NCBI GenBank assembly: GCA_030704615.1
Contig: CM060732.1
Coordinates: 82,088,001 to 82,152,000 of the forward strand
DNA from: Takakia lepidozioides
Lineage: Eukaryota; Plantae; Bryophyta
Direction: 5' to 3'
Length of the DNA: 64,000 nt
The position numbers were made by a program, and so were the translations under genes. Each line of letters begins with the position of its first letter. Positions within the stretch are counted from its first letter, which is position 1. Under the pieces are notes generated by a model that worked only from the letters and a program-made list of their open reading frames with translations, searched no databases and was not told the DNA's origin. Positions 23,311-37,673 of the stretch are shown here, in pieces.

Positions 23311-24139
23311 ATTTTTTTTTCCCACCCTTGCCTGCTGGGGATGGGCAACTGCACACAAGCTCCACAACACCACACCCTTCCTGCTCACTCTATCCGTTCC
23401 TCTTAAAAAAATCAACCTATACAGACACCGCCATCGTCCATCCCTCCCTGTCTGACCACCTCCCTCCCTGTATCGGATTCTTGAACCCTCTATGATTGCA
23501 TATGCATTATTGGGTGCGTACATGTGGAGGGATTGCATACGTACGTACATTCACGACGTGGCCACATTCATCTATGCAGAGGACTATGCATCCACATCCA
23601 CTATTTCGTCTCTAACATGTCGGATGATGTTCCATTCAAACACAACTACATTCATCCATTTCGTGGCATGCAAGGACTTGGTACCTAAACCACATCTAAA
23701 TGGATGAAACAATAGATGGAATGGATGTAACAGATGTGATCTGGAATAACTGAAAACGGTTAATGTATCCGCGGAAATAGGCGTCTCCTGCGGGAATAGG
23801 CCCTGCAAGTTCCGGATTCCATGCTGACGTGGCGTGAGCCTATCTTAGGCTCACGGGCTCCTGGGCTCACAGGCTCACGCCTCCAAGCTCATGATCTAGC
23901 ACTCCCCTGACATGTGAAATAGTAATGATCAAACTCTGCAAAAGGTAAGGTGGACCGGAGGGGCAACTGGGAGAACACCATTGGGTGATGACGCACTGCC
24001 TGTGGATTTCTTCAACATGTTTCGGCTGGTTTCTCTCATGCGAAAAATCTACATACAAACTAACTTGTATGTTGTACAAATGAACTCCAAAAGTAAGCGG
24101 AAGGGCATGAAGATATACTGATATCCATTGACTGTGAAA

Positions 24140-24460
24140 GAAGTGAGAGCATGGTTGACTGTCCATATCCTCATGGGAATTAAGAAGTTGCCTAACACTA
24201 GGCTACATTGGAAGACCAACCTTTAGTTCTTCAAATGTGATACAATAGTCAGAATTATGAGTCGGAACATGTGGGAGGCAATCTTGCGATGCCTCCACCT
24301 TGTTGACAATGCCACTGTAGTTATAGATAATGGACATCATGGGTATGATAAATTGACGAAGACAAGGTGGTTGATAGACACACAGAAGGCTTTCTATGTT
24401 GAATACAACCAGCTTGAACATAATATTTGCATTGACGAGATGATGGTTATTCTATATGTG
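24140..24460 (+). pseudogene. piggyBac-type (DDE_Tnp_1_7/PGBD) transposase fragment, N-terminal core
   Basis: ILMGIKKLPNTRLHW...IMSRNMWEAILRCLHLVDN...YDKLTKTRWLID...ICIDEMMV. Confidence 0.85.
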
Positions 24461-25734
24461 GACAACACAGAGCACTGAGCCTATATATGATGGCCAAGAC
24501 TAGTATCACTGGATTTTTTTCTCAATCTACTCTCAATTCCCGTTGAACTTGGTACACATCCCTTTCATCTCGGATCGCAAAAACTAAGAACCCCCAACCA
24601 AACTGGGACATTCCAATGCAAATGACCAGCTTGAAGTAGATGCAACATTATGGACTGCACAATTCACGAGAAGATATCTACAAATCACTCAAAAATGATT
24701 CTAGGCTTCTTTTGCCTAGTAGAGCGTCCCTTATCTCTTTTCTCTTCTCCATCCTCTATGAGCTCTTGGCACCTGTCAAGCAAACCAGCAATCAGTACTT
24801 TAGTACTTTTTCCATGCAACATCCAAGCAAAACTCAATTCAAGAGGGCATTGGACTTACATTGCCCAAGGTAGTCTTAGATTTGTTATTCCGTTTGATCC
24901 CTTTAGCTGGCTGTGCTAGAGAGTGCTGATCAGATGTGGCCTTTGGATCAACTTCCTTGTCAAATGTTGGTGTTCGTGAAATTTTCTTCCAAGTGCCTTT
25001 TCTTGCGTCCATTATGGGCTCCAAACTTTGCACCTTTCATGTTTAGCTTTGACAATTTATGTTTCAATTTGGTCTACCAATTCTAGATCTTTCGATTTGC
25101 AGTATATAAGATCTTGTAAGGGCAATCAGACGCCTTTATCGCACTAGGCAAGAACAACGCATTGTTGAGACCAGTATCCAGCCAACCATGCCCTTCAATA
25201 TCCTTTCATATGCTTTCATCGTTTTAAGTTGGTTGTAGACGAAGCAGTGTTACGATCTTGCAGCGCAGGACTTGGACGCAGTATAAAAAAGAGTGACGTT
25301 CTGTCACGAGATGAAGAAACTCTTATGCTTACTTCCAAAGAAGCAATGAAGGATACTCCTTCCAGCCTTAACAATCGTTTTGTGTACATGTGCACTCGTA
25401 ACTTCTTTATCATAGGCGGATTTGAATTGCGGAATGTAGACGATAGTGATTTCACGCTCTTGTCGAATGGATGTGGTCCTTTCTTAAGGTATCTAATGAT
25501 ATTAAACGCTAGATTGCTCGAATATTTAACCTTCCAGTCTATTTTCTTTATCTTTTTGGCTTCATACCATCTTACATATATATAGGCTTTTTTTGCATAG
25601 GTAGAATCCATTGCCTTCCAAAAACTGGAAGATTGACGGACGTCAAATGATGTCAAACTATGTGGCGTGGAGAACTAGCGGAAGGATGTAGACTGCCAAG
25701 ACGTCATCAAATCTTACCAACTCATCATGAGTCA

Positions 25735-26275
25735 CCACCCAGTGTGGAGTGATGGTGAAAAGGGGCCTCACTCTTTTTTTCAGTCCAAAAATGAGATGGA
25801 ACCCTTTTGACCCTGCTTGGATTTCAAAGAGTCCAACACATTGAGCACCATATCACGAAAAAAATGAGCAATCATATTGGCTTGACTGGAAAGACGACTA
25901 CGAATAAAAGCGGTCATGGAGTTGGAATTACAAGAATGGAGGAGGCCTTGGTATCTATCGAGTACGGTATGCAAATTACTGGTCATTGAGATGCGAAGTC
26001 TTACGCCAAATACAATCAAACTGATAAAGTAGCGATCGATCGAGCAATCCATCGCATAATTTCCGGTGAACTAATTGATGGCCGACCATTGACATACGAC
26101 GAGGCTCTACTAATGGAACAAGAGAAATGCCGAGCTCTTGTGCATGAAGAGATCTGTGCTACCGAGTGTAATATTCTCGCAAAAGAAGTGTCCAAAGAGC
26201 TTACCGTCGTTCAATCTAAAAACTGGAAAGAATATCTTGCTACATATCATGAGGCAACATGAGGTGTCTAAGTAG
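25735..26275 (+). repeat. Dispersed repeat with a decayed ORF; inverted homolog at 39865-40835
   Basis: TYDEALLMEQEKCRALVHEEICATECNILAKEVSKELTVVQSK versus TYKEALLIMEKKKSRALVHEEIRVTECILAKEVSKELTVVQSK on the minus strand at 39.9-40.1 kb. Confidence 0.8.
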
Positions 26276-29200
26276 CCTAAGCGAGCAAATGAAATTGAGC
26301 TGAATGAGTTAGATAAGTCGAAATTATTGACAATTGTTTCGGGTGCCTCCTCGTCCCACGTTGGCCACCAGTTTCACAATTTGACCAACTGCAATATATT
26401 CATTTGAGATTCACGGGTCCAGCAGATGCTACTAGTCATCCAGCGACGCCACGGGCGTGAGCAGTGAGCCCAGGCTCAAGCACTGTGACGTGGCATGAGC
26501 CCAAGCTCACGCCATGTAAGCGTGAGCGTCCACCACGTCAGCAGATGTCAGAGGACGGGTGAAAGAAGAAAGGGTGAATATTCCCGAGGGACCTATAACC
26601 GTGGGAATAGGCATTTACAGTATGAAGAAAGAAGACCCCATGATGAAAGAAGACCCCATGACTTCAAAATCAGAAAAGAAGGATTTTGAATAATAAATAA
26701 ATAAATAATCATTTTTCTCTGATTTTGACTGGGGATGTAGTAACCCCAAACCTTTTTCTAGGACTGGACACGTTGTGGCACCAAGCCCAAATAGATATGA
26801 ATGTGTGAATTTCAGAATGTGTTTCCTTGTATACACACATGCCTCCATTTACACACATTCATAAATTCACATATCATATCTCAATGATAACCTCGCATGT
26901 TTCTTAAGTTTTCTGGACCCCATGCAGTCAGGGCACCTTCCTCCTCCTCTATGCCCAGCAGCTCCACCATCCCTTCCTCTAGCACATGTGACCAACATGT
27001 CAGAGCATCTTGTTGCCTCGTGAAGCCTTTTTGCTTCTGTGCGTGTGCGTTTGGCAAGGAACGGACGCTGGTCTTCGACACCTAGCAGTGGTTGCAGATG
27101 CATATCAGCAATGAAGCCAAGGAAGAAGTGATGTGCGTTGGCGCACGCCATCTAGAGCCCCGTCTCTTATCCGTTCCTGGCAATGCCAATTGGTGATCTT
27201 TCCCTTCCAATCCTAAACCCTATGTCTAGTTTTCATGGCATCTGGTTTCTACAATTGGAAGTGGTGTGCGTTGACGCACACCACAACATACCCTTGGTTC
27301 ATAAGAAACGAGTCCTCCTGGTATAGGCGAAGCATTGTATTGCTACTGTCGCAACTCGCAACATGTCAGAGTATCTTGTTCCTTGTGAAGCCTTTCTGCT
27401 CCCTTGCGTGGAGTTTGGCAAGGACCGGACGGTGTCTTCGACAACTGGCATCGGTGCCAAAACATGGCATGCATCTGTGTAGATACGGACTTCCTATGAG
27501 GGATGTGAAGCGAAAGGTAGTCCGTATTTACACATATGTTGGCCGTCTTCCCTGAGTGAGTGAGCGCCGAAGTTCTACGGGCGAGCAAGTTCTCCTAGGA
27601 TAGAATATCTGCAGCCATTGCACGACGTCCACTTATATTTCTCTCCATTATCTTTCGCACTAGGGAGTGGTGCGATGGATGATAGATGAGCGATGGATGA
27701 TATACTTCCGCTGGATGATACATGAGTGATGGATGATAAAGATAGAGTCCTGGATGGGTGGAATCTGGAGATTCGATCCGTAGAAATAGGCACAGTCCGC
27801 GGAAATAGGTACAATGCGTTTTTAAAAAACGTGACGTGGCGTGAGCCTTGGTGTGCTCACGTGAGCAAGCTCACGATCTAGCATTCCTCCTAGTCATCAG
27901 GAAGACGTGCATTCTCCATCTACCAAAGATGTCACGAAGCCTGCATTTTCTGGAGGATCCGATTGATCATCACATGATGAAGATCTTACTTAGCTAATGG
28001 AGTAATGAAGTGTACAGGATCTTTGACATATTTGATTAGCAGGCTATGATTTTCAGTGTGGCTTGTAGTTTTAGTGTACAAGTGTTATAGTTTTCACATT
28101 CTTGTATCACATAACATATAGATAATCGGTGCAAAGTAGTGTTTCTGCTTTTATCCTTATCTCTGTTTCCTTGTTAGACACGACTCGTGCTGGTTTTACT
28201 CCTTATGCTAATCTTCTGGTTCTGGTTCTACTCTTATGTTCCATTTCTGCTTCTTTGCTGTTTCCCCCACCTTGGTGTATGACTGCACATTATGCCCTTC
28301 ACCTGCTCTTCATTGCTCTCTTGGGTTACGAAGCGGTGTCTTCTTGGTTCAGCCTCTATGGCACCCAATGGAGGTTATTTTTCCTCATTTGTACTCCTGT
28401 GACATCTTGTCTCCCTTTTTTATAACATTCTAAGGACCTCTTGTTTATAATATACGTTTTGTCTACAATCTTCATGAAGTGCAAATTGAGGGTAGGAAGG
28501 CATGGGCAAAAATGATTACAGACATCTGCAGGGATCCAGAGGCTGAATATCAGCTCTGCAGCAAATTCAAATGCTCCTGGGGGAAGGACAACATCTTATG
28601 CAGCTGCTCTACGTCGTCAAGCATCATCTGGGCCAGGAGCCACCAGTCTCCTGGCAGGGGGCAATTATTACGTTTCCATGACTCACCGGAGTTTGATAGG
28701 GAAATCAACTCGAAACACCTCAAGGGCAAAGGCTCGGCTCGGCTTAGCTTCGAAAAATAGGTAGCTGCTATAGCTATTGTTGTTTCGTCCTTCCTCTGCT
28801 CTGTCGCCTCGCACGATTCTGGTGGCCTCCTCTCTGGTTCCCCTGCTATGCCTTTTTCCCTGCCTCCTATGTTCTCCTCCATTTCTCACTGCTTTTTGAG
28901 GCTCCCTGCCTATCCTGGCAGCCCTGCTATGCTTTTCGCTCGGTTCCTGATTGATCCTCTCTTAATCGCCATGGTAGGTCTTAGTCTGAGCTTGTTGGCT
29001 TTGATTCTAATCCTAGTCCTCACTCAAGAGTTCGCATCTCGCGAGCTTCTGCTATCGCTCGTGACTTTTCCTCGTATAGCTCTCAATCGTAGGATTTATC
29101 ATTCATCCTCTCGGATGGTTCTCTCTCCATTCCCTCACCGTTAAGGGTGCCTTATGGCCCCACAGGGGTTTATTTTCTCCCCGTTATAAATAAAAGACTG

Positions 29201-32200
29201 GGGTTTCATCCCCTTTCCAAAATAAATTAAAATAAATTAAAATAAATAAACAAGCGGCTAGTCGCGTAATGGCTCCACCCTAAAACTCCTAAAACTCCAA
29301 GTAGAAAATTTCCTTAAAATTACGTATTCACTACTTGGTAAACAGGGGGCTGGATTGAACTTTAATACAGATTATTTGAAGGGAAAAAAATTAAAACCCT
29401 TGATTGTAATTTATATTTTAAGCATGTTCTGCATAAGAGCATGTTTTGCATGTTCTATTTTCATATATATTTTAAACATGTTCTGCATAAGAGGATCATT
29501 TATTTATTTATTCATTTATAAAGACGGGAACAGACTCAGGGCCTGGCAGAACTTTATTGATGTATGAATTAAGTAATCATGTATGATAATGTAAAAATAA
29601 TATTAAATTGTTAAATTATTGAAATACCTGTTGAAATACTAACTAAAATATTGAGAATAACTAGCTGAAATATTAAAATAATTGCTGAAAATCTGGCTGA
29701 AATACTGAGGGACTTGCTAAAAAAAAGGTTGAAATACTGAGATACTAAAATATTGAGATACTGAAAGACTGAAATACCAGGGTCTTCCCAATAATAATTC
29801 TGTCAACAGTCCAATGCTCTCTCTGCAATGGTGGCAGCAAAACAGATAATGGTGATGGCTGGTCCAACCATAACAAACCACATGCAATTCAGAGAGGGGG
29901 TGTCTATCCATAATTTAGAGAGCCCACACAAAATGAGGTGCTCATGGCAAAGAGCGCCCCACTGCTTTCCATTTGTGGAGGCTGCCCCTGTTCTGCCTAT
30001 ATTATCACCTCTTGCCGCAACTTGGGTGTAACATCTGCATGAATGACTTCCTTGGATAATTGATCTCTCAAATTCAAGGTTACATCCCTGAAATATTGTA
30101 TAATTAACTTTCTGCAAGCTCCATTGGACATCTGGCTAGTTCCAAACATACCGCTCATCGTTGGATATCAAGCAGTTATGGTAAAATGAGGTACCCAAGA
30201 CCTACCACCTCATGTTGACTCCCCATTTCCCACTGTTATGCAACTTTCCGATGCTGAATGAATTATGTACATTGATGTAGAATTAATCTCCAAGTGTTTT
30301 TACCAACAGTGCAACAATACGCAAGGGATACTAACAAAGCACGAGAGAAAGGAGAGAGAAGAAAGAAAAAAATGGCACAAAGTAGAGCAAGAAATGTCAT
30401 TCCAAGAAGACGCGCCTTGTGTAGGTAGGCTGCCAGGCACTTCTAGTCCTAAAAGCTGAAGGCTTCTGCCATTCAAGAAATTTCTTACGCCCACGGAAGG
30501 CCCAGAGAGAGCATTACACACATAACAAAGATGGAAAAGACAAAAAATAGGGTTGAGACTTCATACCTGATTTCTGAGATCCTCCTCGAAAATGTGAAAT
30601 AATTTGGTCTGCTGCAAGTGATCGGTTTCCATTTCGACTAGTAAGTGGTATTGAACAACATATATATCCTCCGATACAGATACAAACATACAAACATATA
30701 TACAGACACACCTTGACACGATTGCTGGAATTGATATTACACACCCTGTCATCCGCCAAAGTAGAAGATTTGCAGGGACTCCCCGAAAAGACAGTATAGA
30801 TCAACACACACAACAATAACTTGGACAAAATAGAAACCTAGGTCTTGCGGGTCTTCAGCTTGTTGTGTAGCCCAACAGTTGAACCACCCCACACATAGAG
30901 GGAATCCAAGCCATATTGTCTATATTCCTGAGTAAGGTCAACGGAGGCCGCCCTAATTTGGAGGGTTTCAGATATAACTTAGAACGGAGGTCAAACTTCG
31001 CAGCGGCATCGGACCTCTCCCAACCCATTGCAAGTGTAGAGAAGGTAAACAGCAGCACAAAGGCTGACCATATCAACAACCACAGGAGGATCAACAAGGA
31101 AGCTACTTACTATGCACAAGTTGCTGGCCTCGCACCGTCGCTCAAGTCTTCCTGCCAAGCGTTCCGCCCTTTCCTCCTTTAAGAAGTCCAAAGGCCAGGC
31201 TCCCCACACAAACTATACATATGGCACTCATCTCTGCTCCCAGGGGCAGGACGACGAAGGACGACGAAGGCCAACGAAGGCCACGGTTTTGCTAACATGA
31301 GAGCATGGAAGAAAGGGAAGAAGCTTTCACTGGTCTTCAGCCATTTCCCAATGGCTGTTACTGGTTAAGAATATATTTCACAAAAACAAAAATAAATACA
31401 AATCAATATTTGATGCTCATTAATATCAATAGCAATGTTAACTAGTGAAGGTATATATATGTGAAGTTTGGGTATTTTCCGGTGAAGGCATATCACGATC
31501 TTCCCCCATTTTGGCACTAATGCGTGGTCTCCTCTTGAGGGAGGAGCTAATAAAAACATTGAACCTCAATGTAAGCTCTGAATTCTGCAACACCTTACCT
31601 AAAAGATGACAGTGTAAAGAAAAGACGGTGTGCGGAATATACCACGGGACCTTACGAGTAAGATCCCCCCCATGTTGACGTGACATTCCGCCAGGTAAGC
31701 TCCCTGAAAATACAAAGAGAAAAACCCCATAGGTTTTGACGATAGAAATTGGCAAAGAATTTCTTGTGGTTAGAATCAAGGATTCACGGATACGACAAAG
31801 TCCTGTCCAGAGCTTGACAGATGCGAGCTTGTAGAGATCAGTGAGATGACGTCCATCAAAGTCAGCGTAATTTTCTTGTACGTGTCATGAGAGAGTCCAT
31901 CGATGAAATGTCACTGATGCGTACTCCATGCAAACTCTACTGCAGTGCACACATACTACGCTGTCAGTGGTAGCAGCGAGAGGACTGAGAAGTGTGAAGA
32001 GGACGTAGCATTCAAGTAGATCTGTTCTACCCAAGTAATCTAGCGTGATACTCTAACATCTTCTAGTGTAAGCTTTCCTTCACTAGAGGATTGTTCCAGT
32101 TCCTGCGGGTTACTTTCCAGAAACTGACGAACGAAGTAATCGGAGGAGTGTTGTGAATAATTCAAGCCTGCTTGTCTGAGGAATCTGTCTGCTAAGGCGT

Positions 32201-32441
32201 TTTAACGCACAATTATTACTTAGTTGTTAGGCACGTTCCGTTGAAACGAAGCTCCCTGCCCCGATCTGGCTCTGAGGGAAGCGAATGACACTGGCATGCT
32301 TATCGAGTCTCGTATGAAGAGCGAAATCACATACATGTGTACCAATCTCGTAGTTTGAACTCGAGAATGGTGCACTCTTTCTGAGTTTGGAGGCTGTTGG
32401 AAAGACAGTGAAAGAAACGCAGCGGAATAGCTAGAGAAGAT

Positions 32442-34828
32442 ATGAAGAATGCCTTACAGATTGGCAGATGGGTGGGAGTGGTGGCATCGACCTGGGTGGA
32501 AACCACGGCAGGCAATGGCTACGCGTTTGGACTGTATTCACCTACCCTTAAGGACTTTCTGGGCTTCAATCAAGCGCAGCTCAATACGATAGGATTTGCC
32601 AAGGATCTCGGTGACAACATAGGTCTTTTAGCAGGGATCGCAGCGAACATCATGCCCGTGTGGGGACTCTTAGCAATTGGCGTTCTTCAAAGTTTTGTAG
32701 GCTACTTTGGGTTGTGGCTGGTGCTGAGCCATAGAATCGTTCCTCTGGCCTACTGGCAGGTATGGGAGTAAATTTGACCTTTTTGTAACAGAAGGGAGGA
32801 TGTGATAGAGAATACTTTACTTGGACATGTATACATGTGCTGAATTGACTCAAATTGCCTTTCAGTCTTGTGGTGTTGTACGAGTTGAGAGTCCCAAGAT
32901 AATCTTTTCTTCTGTCCTGCTGTAAAGTCCTTCTGATAGTTGAGTGCCTTTTTCCCTCAAATGAAACCATCAGTACATATCTCTCTGCAAATACAATCCC
33001 TAGTAGAATTGTTCGAGCGTAATCTAGTCGCCTTCTGAAATTTTCATTCTTCACCATGATGATCTGCCCCTATGCTGCAAGGAGATGGTCTGCCATTTTT
33101 GTAACTGTCACTGTGATTAACTGTGATGCAACAGATGTGTGCACTACTGGCAGTGGGAGCGAACAGCTCCAGATGGCTGGACACAGCGAGCTTGGTCACA
33201 TGCTTGCGCAACTTCCCACATCGTCGAGGCACAGTGGCGGGCATTCTGAAGTGCAACTATGGCCTTAGCAGTGCTATATTCACATTGCTCCACAATGCCC
33301 TGTTTTCCAATGATCCCGCTTCGTTTCTGCTTTTGTTAGCAACTGGTCCACTCATCGTATGCTTATTTGCAGTCTCTTTCGTTAGGCCAATTCCGCCTAC
33401 CGGCCTCGTGGAGGACATCAGGTTGAAATCTAGTTTTGTTTGGATTCATGCCAACCTTATAGCATTTACACTCTACCTGCTGGCGGCAACTCTTCTTGTC
33501 GGTCTCGGTGTCCTCAACAGTCTAGCCACTCAGGTCTTTGCAGGGGGGATGCTTCTCTTTTTGGCAGCTCCTCTAGGCATCCCTCTACTCTGCTCAGAAA
33601 GTGGGGTGTCAAAAGGCCAAGGAAACGCCGCTGAGCAGGGTGCTCCCTCTGTCTCGAACTACGAAAGAGATCCTCTTTTGATCTGCACAGAAGAGATGGA
33701 TGGTTCTCCACCTCAACAAGCACTGAGGGAGAATAGAATATGCCACAACAACAGCAACAACAAGTTTCAGGGGAACCAGCCAACAGTATCAGAAACTCCA
33801 AAACCCGAGCTGCAAAACGGCCTTGCAACATTAGTAGATTTAGATAGAAGGGAGGGATTTGCAGATCAACCGCAGGATGTCACACTCATGGAGGCAATGC
33901 TGAGAGCAGATTTCTGGCTTCTCTTTTTCTCCTTCTTTTGTGGGGTTGGTACAGGGATCATGGCCATCAACAATCTTGGTCAGATTGGGCAGGCACAAGG
34001 GTACACGGACGCCGCGATCTTTGTGTCTCTTACCAGCATCGGGAACTCCTTCGGGCGACTTGGAGCTGGTGCTATATCAGATCATTACATCAGGTTCATG
34101 TTGCTTGATACAAAGTTCTATTACTTGAAGTTTGGAGCACCCTTTCACATGTCCCTTCCTCTTCCTTATTTCAATTCCTCTCTTCCTAGTTTGTACATGC
34201 ATACTAGGACGTAGATAACAGCACTAGATGTGAAAGGTGATCCAACACCAGACAGAAAAGCACAGGATGCAATCATCAGTCAATGACTTGCAGGTTAGCG
34301 GCAACTCCAAGACCCATCTGGATGGCATGGGCGCAAGCGGGGTTGGTGGTGGTTCACATTCTGTTTGCAACAGCCATACCAGGGTCTCTTTATGTGGCCT
34401 CCCTATCTTTGGGAGTTTGCTTTGGAATGCAATGGAGCATAATGGTGGCAACATCGTCTGAGCTCTTTGGACTGAAACACTTAGGCTTGCTCTTCAACAC
34501 ATTCAACCTGGCCATGCCACTGGGGTCCCTCTTTTTCTCAGGCATCATCGCTGGCCCTCTCTATGATCGTGAGTCTGCAAAGGACGTGGATTTCCAAGGG
34601 TTCCGAGTGATGAATGCATTGCAAGAAGAGGATCCAAAATGTTTGGGTGCACACTGCTTTAGAGACACCTTCATCATAATGGCTGGGGTATGTTTTGTGG
34701 GGGTATTTGTCAACATTATCTTGGTTGCGCGAATTCGAGGTCTATATCAACAGCTCTATGGATCCCAGGTTTTGTCCAGGGCAACAAACTCTCAGTGTGG
34801 CAGTCCGCTGTCGACTGATGCTCGTTGA
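32442..34828 (+). CDS. Nodulin-like / NFD4-type major facilitator superfamily transporter; join(32442..32759,33135..34093,34294..34828), 603 aa
   Basis: RWVGVVASTWVETTAGNGYAFGLYSPTLK...AKDLGDNIG; LVTCLRNFPHRRGTVAGILK; DFWLLFFSFFCGVGTG..INNLGQIG; SELFGLKH; CLGAHCFRDTF. Both introns are GT-AG and in frame, with no stops. Confidence 0.93.
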
Positions 34829-36130
34829 GAGAAGATGGCGATTATATCGAGTAAGAGACACATTCGCCAGTAATCAGAAGACGGGCCAGGGGGGAGGATG
34901 ATGGTATACCAACCTCTAGCGACCTGTCGTGGGGGTTTTATTGTCACGTTTGCGACAGAGAACCTCCACTTATGGAAGTGCAAATGTGATAGTTATGGTG
35001 CAAACTGACCCAAGCAGCAACAGATCGAGATGAACGACTGCTGCATGCGAGTGTGGCACTGCAGCAGCTCCTACTGTCTCGTGACACTATAGGCAAGGGG
35101 CTCCAAGGGACTGCATTCTACTGCAGGATGATGTAGACCTTTGAATCCACCAAAGTAGGTGGAAGCAGGGGAGACCCAGACTCTCCTTGGAGAAGAAGAG
35201 AAGGATGGCAGGTGGGTCCTTTTGAAATAGCAACTTACCCACTGGCAAATGAGCTTGTGATCCATAGCATTGAGTAATGACTGCTTGGGTGGAAGGGTTG
35301 AAAGTCATTCCTCCAAGCCTTCCCGGCCAGAAGCATTAACCACATTTATGGTGCCCAGAGGTAAAGTTGATCATCCTTGGAGTCCTTGGCTGGAACAATG
35401 TTTGAGTTTGACCAGCAACTAAAGTGTCCCTGAGATTACAAAGACCTCAACTTTGAGGTTCTTATGGGCTCTTTTTATGTACCGTCCTACCATGGTTTCT
35501 AATTGCCAAGGTATTGTAATCATTTCCAGCAGGATATTTGAGTGAATCAGTCTTTGTGTCGGCCACCACACACCACACATGTATATTTCGTGGGGTGGAA
35601 CATATCACCTCATATGCCAGCATTGGACCTGGGTATAGTAATTGTTTTTTACATAAGGCAGTTAGAGGGAAAAAGAAATCCTCATAAGCCATAAGGCAGT
35701 TAGAGCACACCCAGAAACAGTGCGAGGGGCCCAGCACCTCAAGGAACAAAACAGCAAAGGTCCAGGCCTGCGAGAGATCTGAGGCAGAGAAGAAGCAGCA
35801 AAAAGCTAAAAAGGAGATCATCACCAACGCATCACAGAGAGGCGGGCAGTGATCTGTGTCGGACAGTGAACAGGAGAAATTCAAAACAGGAACTAAAGCA
35901 ACGTGCTCGTACTCTGGCGATGGGTTTAGTGGTGAAGGACGGCCCGACGGTGCTGCCATTCAACTGGTATATCTTTGGAACGTCCTCTGTGCAGCTCTTC
36001 CCATATGCTTCGAGAGGAGGCGACAACAACTTCTCTCTGACTTTGCCATCACCTGGGCTAAGGGTGGCAATCTGTGCAGCTAGAACCTCTGAATCAACCA
36101 TTAGGTGGAACTACCAACTTCCGCCGTGTT

Positions 36131-36200
36131 GGTAGCAGCCGAGAGGTTTAGACTTAGTGATGCTTTAAGACAGAGGTCGCGAGTTCAAATCGCTTTAAGT
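36131..36200 (+). other. tRNA-derived (SINE-head-like) segment with A/B boxes
   Basis: GCAGCCGAGAGG (A-box-like) and GAGGTCGCGAGTTCAAATC (B-box-like); no complete cloverleaf. Confidence 0.35.
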
Positions 36201-36329
36201 ACAATGACTATGTATTAATATAAAAGACTTAATATTGACCAATGTTCACTCCAAGACGTTCCGGGGTCGCACAACAATCCGAAATCTGAGATTTTTCTAC
36301 CCAAAAATAATATTTTGGTTTTTTTTTTC

Positions 36330-36593
36330 CCTCAAAAAAACAGCGACGACGCCCGGGGTTCACAATTTCTCTGCGACGGCATTGGTGACAACGACGACGA
36401 CGCGTCGCAAAGGGGGCAGCACCACTCCTGCCTATTAGCGACCCCCAGACGTCGCAAAATAGCGACGTTTCGAGAGTGACGCCCCGACGGTGAGGTTACG
36501 AGGCCCGTGCGTCGGATTTTGGGGCTTTATGACCCCCAAAAATCCCCCATCAGCGACGCCGCGACGTCCCTAAACCCCCCTTTTTTTGTAGTG
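36330..36593. mobile_element. Solo CACTA terminus with GCGACG subterminal repeats
   Basis: Ends TTTTTTTGTAGTG at 36593 after many GCGACG/CGTCGC motifs; the partner end was not found. Confidence 0.6.
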
Positions 36594-36629
36594 GGTGTGC
36601 CAGTGGTAGTAGAGATATTAGATTATCTG

Positions 36630-36900
36630 CAGCCTGTCCAATTGAAAACAAGTTCTGCTTAAGACATACAAGGCATTCTTGATCACTCCATTGGTCCTTT
36701 CTATCAATCTTGCAGTGGATGTCTATATCCTACCAATGCCTGCAACCCAAAGTCGTCGATTGTCTTCAACATGAATTGCCCATTGTCCCTGTGGAATGGC
36801 CTTCAGATTCTTGAACCAGTCTTGTCCATTTGTCATATGCTCTGAAGCTCCACCGTCGACAAACCAAACACTTTGATCTGCTCCCAATTCTGAGTCATCC
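36630..36900 (-). pseudogene. Ty1/copia protease-region fragment
   Basis: WFVDGGASEHMTNGQDWF...V.DNRRLWVAGIGRI...IKNALYV. Confidence 0.8.
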
Positions 36901-37673
36901 GAGAAAGCTTCACTCTCATTTGTCTCACTTGTCGATGTAGTCTCACTTGCCGACACATTTGCTTGACTCGCATTATTGCAGGAAAGTAGACTAGAGAGAA
37001 AACGAAGCTTGGACCCCAAGGGAGATCTCCCGTCCTCATACCAGCTCATTTACTGCCACTTCCTCGTTGTTTCTTTGGGGAGGGCTTGGTCTTACGTGTC
37101 CTCTCTCGAACAAGAGTACGATATATAATTAGAGACGTGTAATAAATTGTGAGAAACAGAGTAGTGAAAGAATGAGTTAAAAAAAATACCTCGATGAATT
37201 GTTTCTCGCTCCTACAGACGTTGATGTGAAAACATGTAATATGAGGATCAACATTGACAACGAAAGAAATCAGATTTTATCGACATGCATATAGTGGAAA
37301 TTGATAGTAAATAAACCTTTTGGTTTGACTGGTTAACTTTCAAATTTCTCCAGCAACGGCATTTTCGCTAGTGCCACTGCATCTGAAGTGGTAATTTGCA
37401 CGTCGTTCTCTCCATAGACGTCATGTCTAGTCTCAAAAGTATTCTGATCCTTTAGTGCTAAACCTGCTAAACCTTCTAAGTCAGTGGAGGACGGGGGATT
37501 CCCGTGCCCATTTGCGATGTAAGGAGAGGAGTGTGAATTACCTATGTCTCAAGAACCTAAGTCTCATCCTTAGGAAAATGTCCAGATTGTGAATGGTATC
37601 AGAACGTACCGCGATTTTTTGAGTCGCGGAATGGAGCTGGACAAGAACTATGGTACCATCATGAAGTGTTCTA

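Noticed and set aside
22628-23550. Long overlapping Cys/Phe-rich ORFs
   Set aside because: By-products of the tandem repeat; open in several frames on both strands.
29810-30130. Possible Ulp1-like protease remnant on the minus strand (PPQ...GALFAM)
   Set aside because: The catalytic Cys motif is not intact and the frame has stops; too weak.
36131-36200. Functional tRNA gene (also the A/B-box-like stretch at 20360-20415 / 45065-45125)
   Set aside because: No complete cloverleaf or acceptor stem can be formed.
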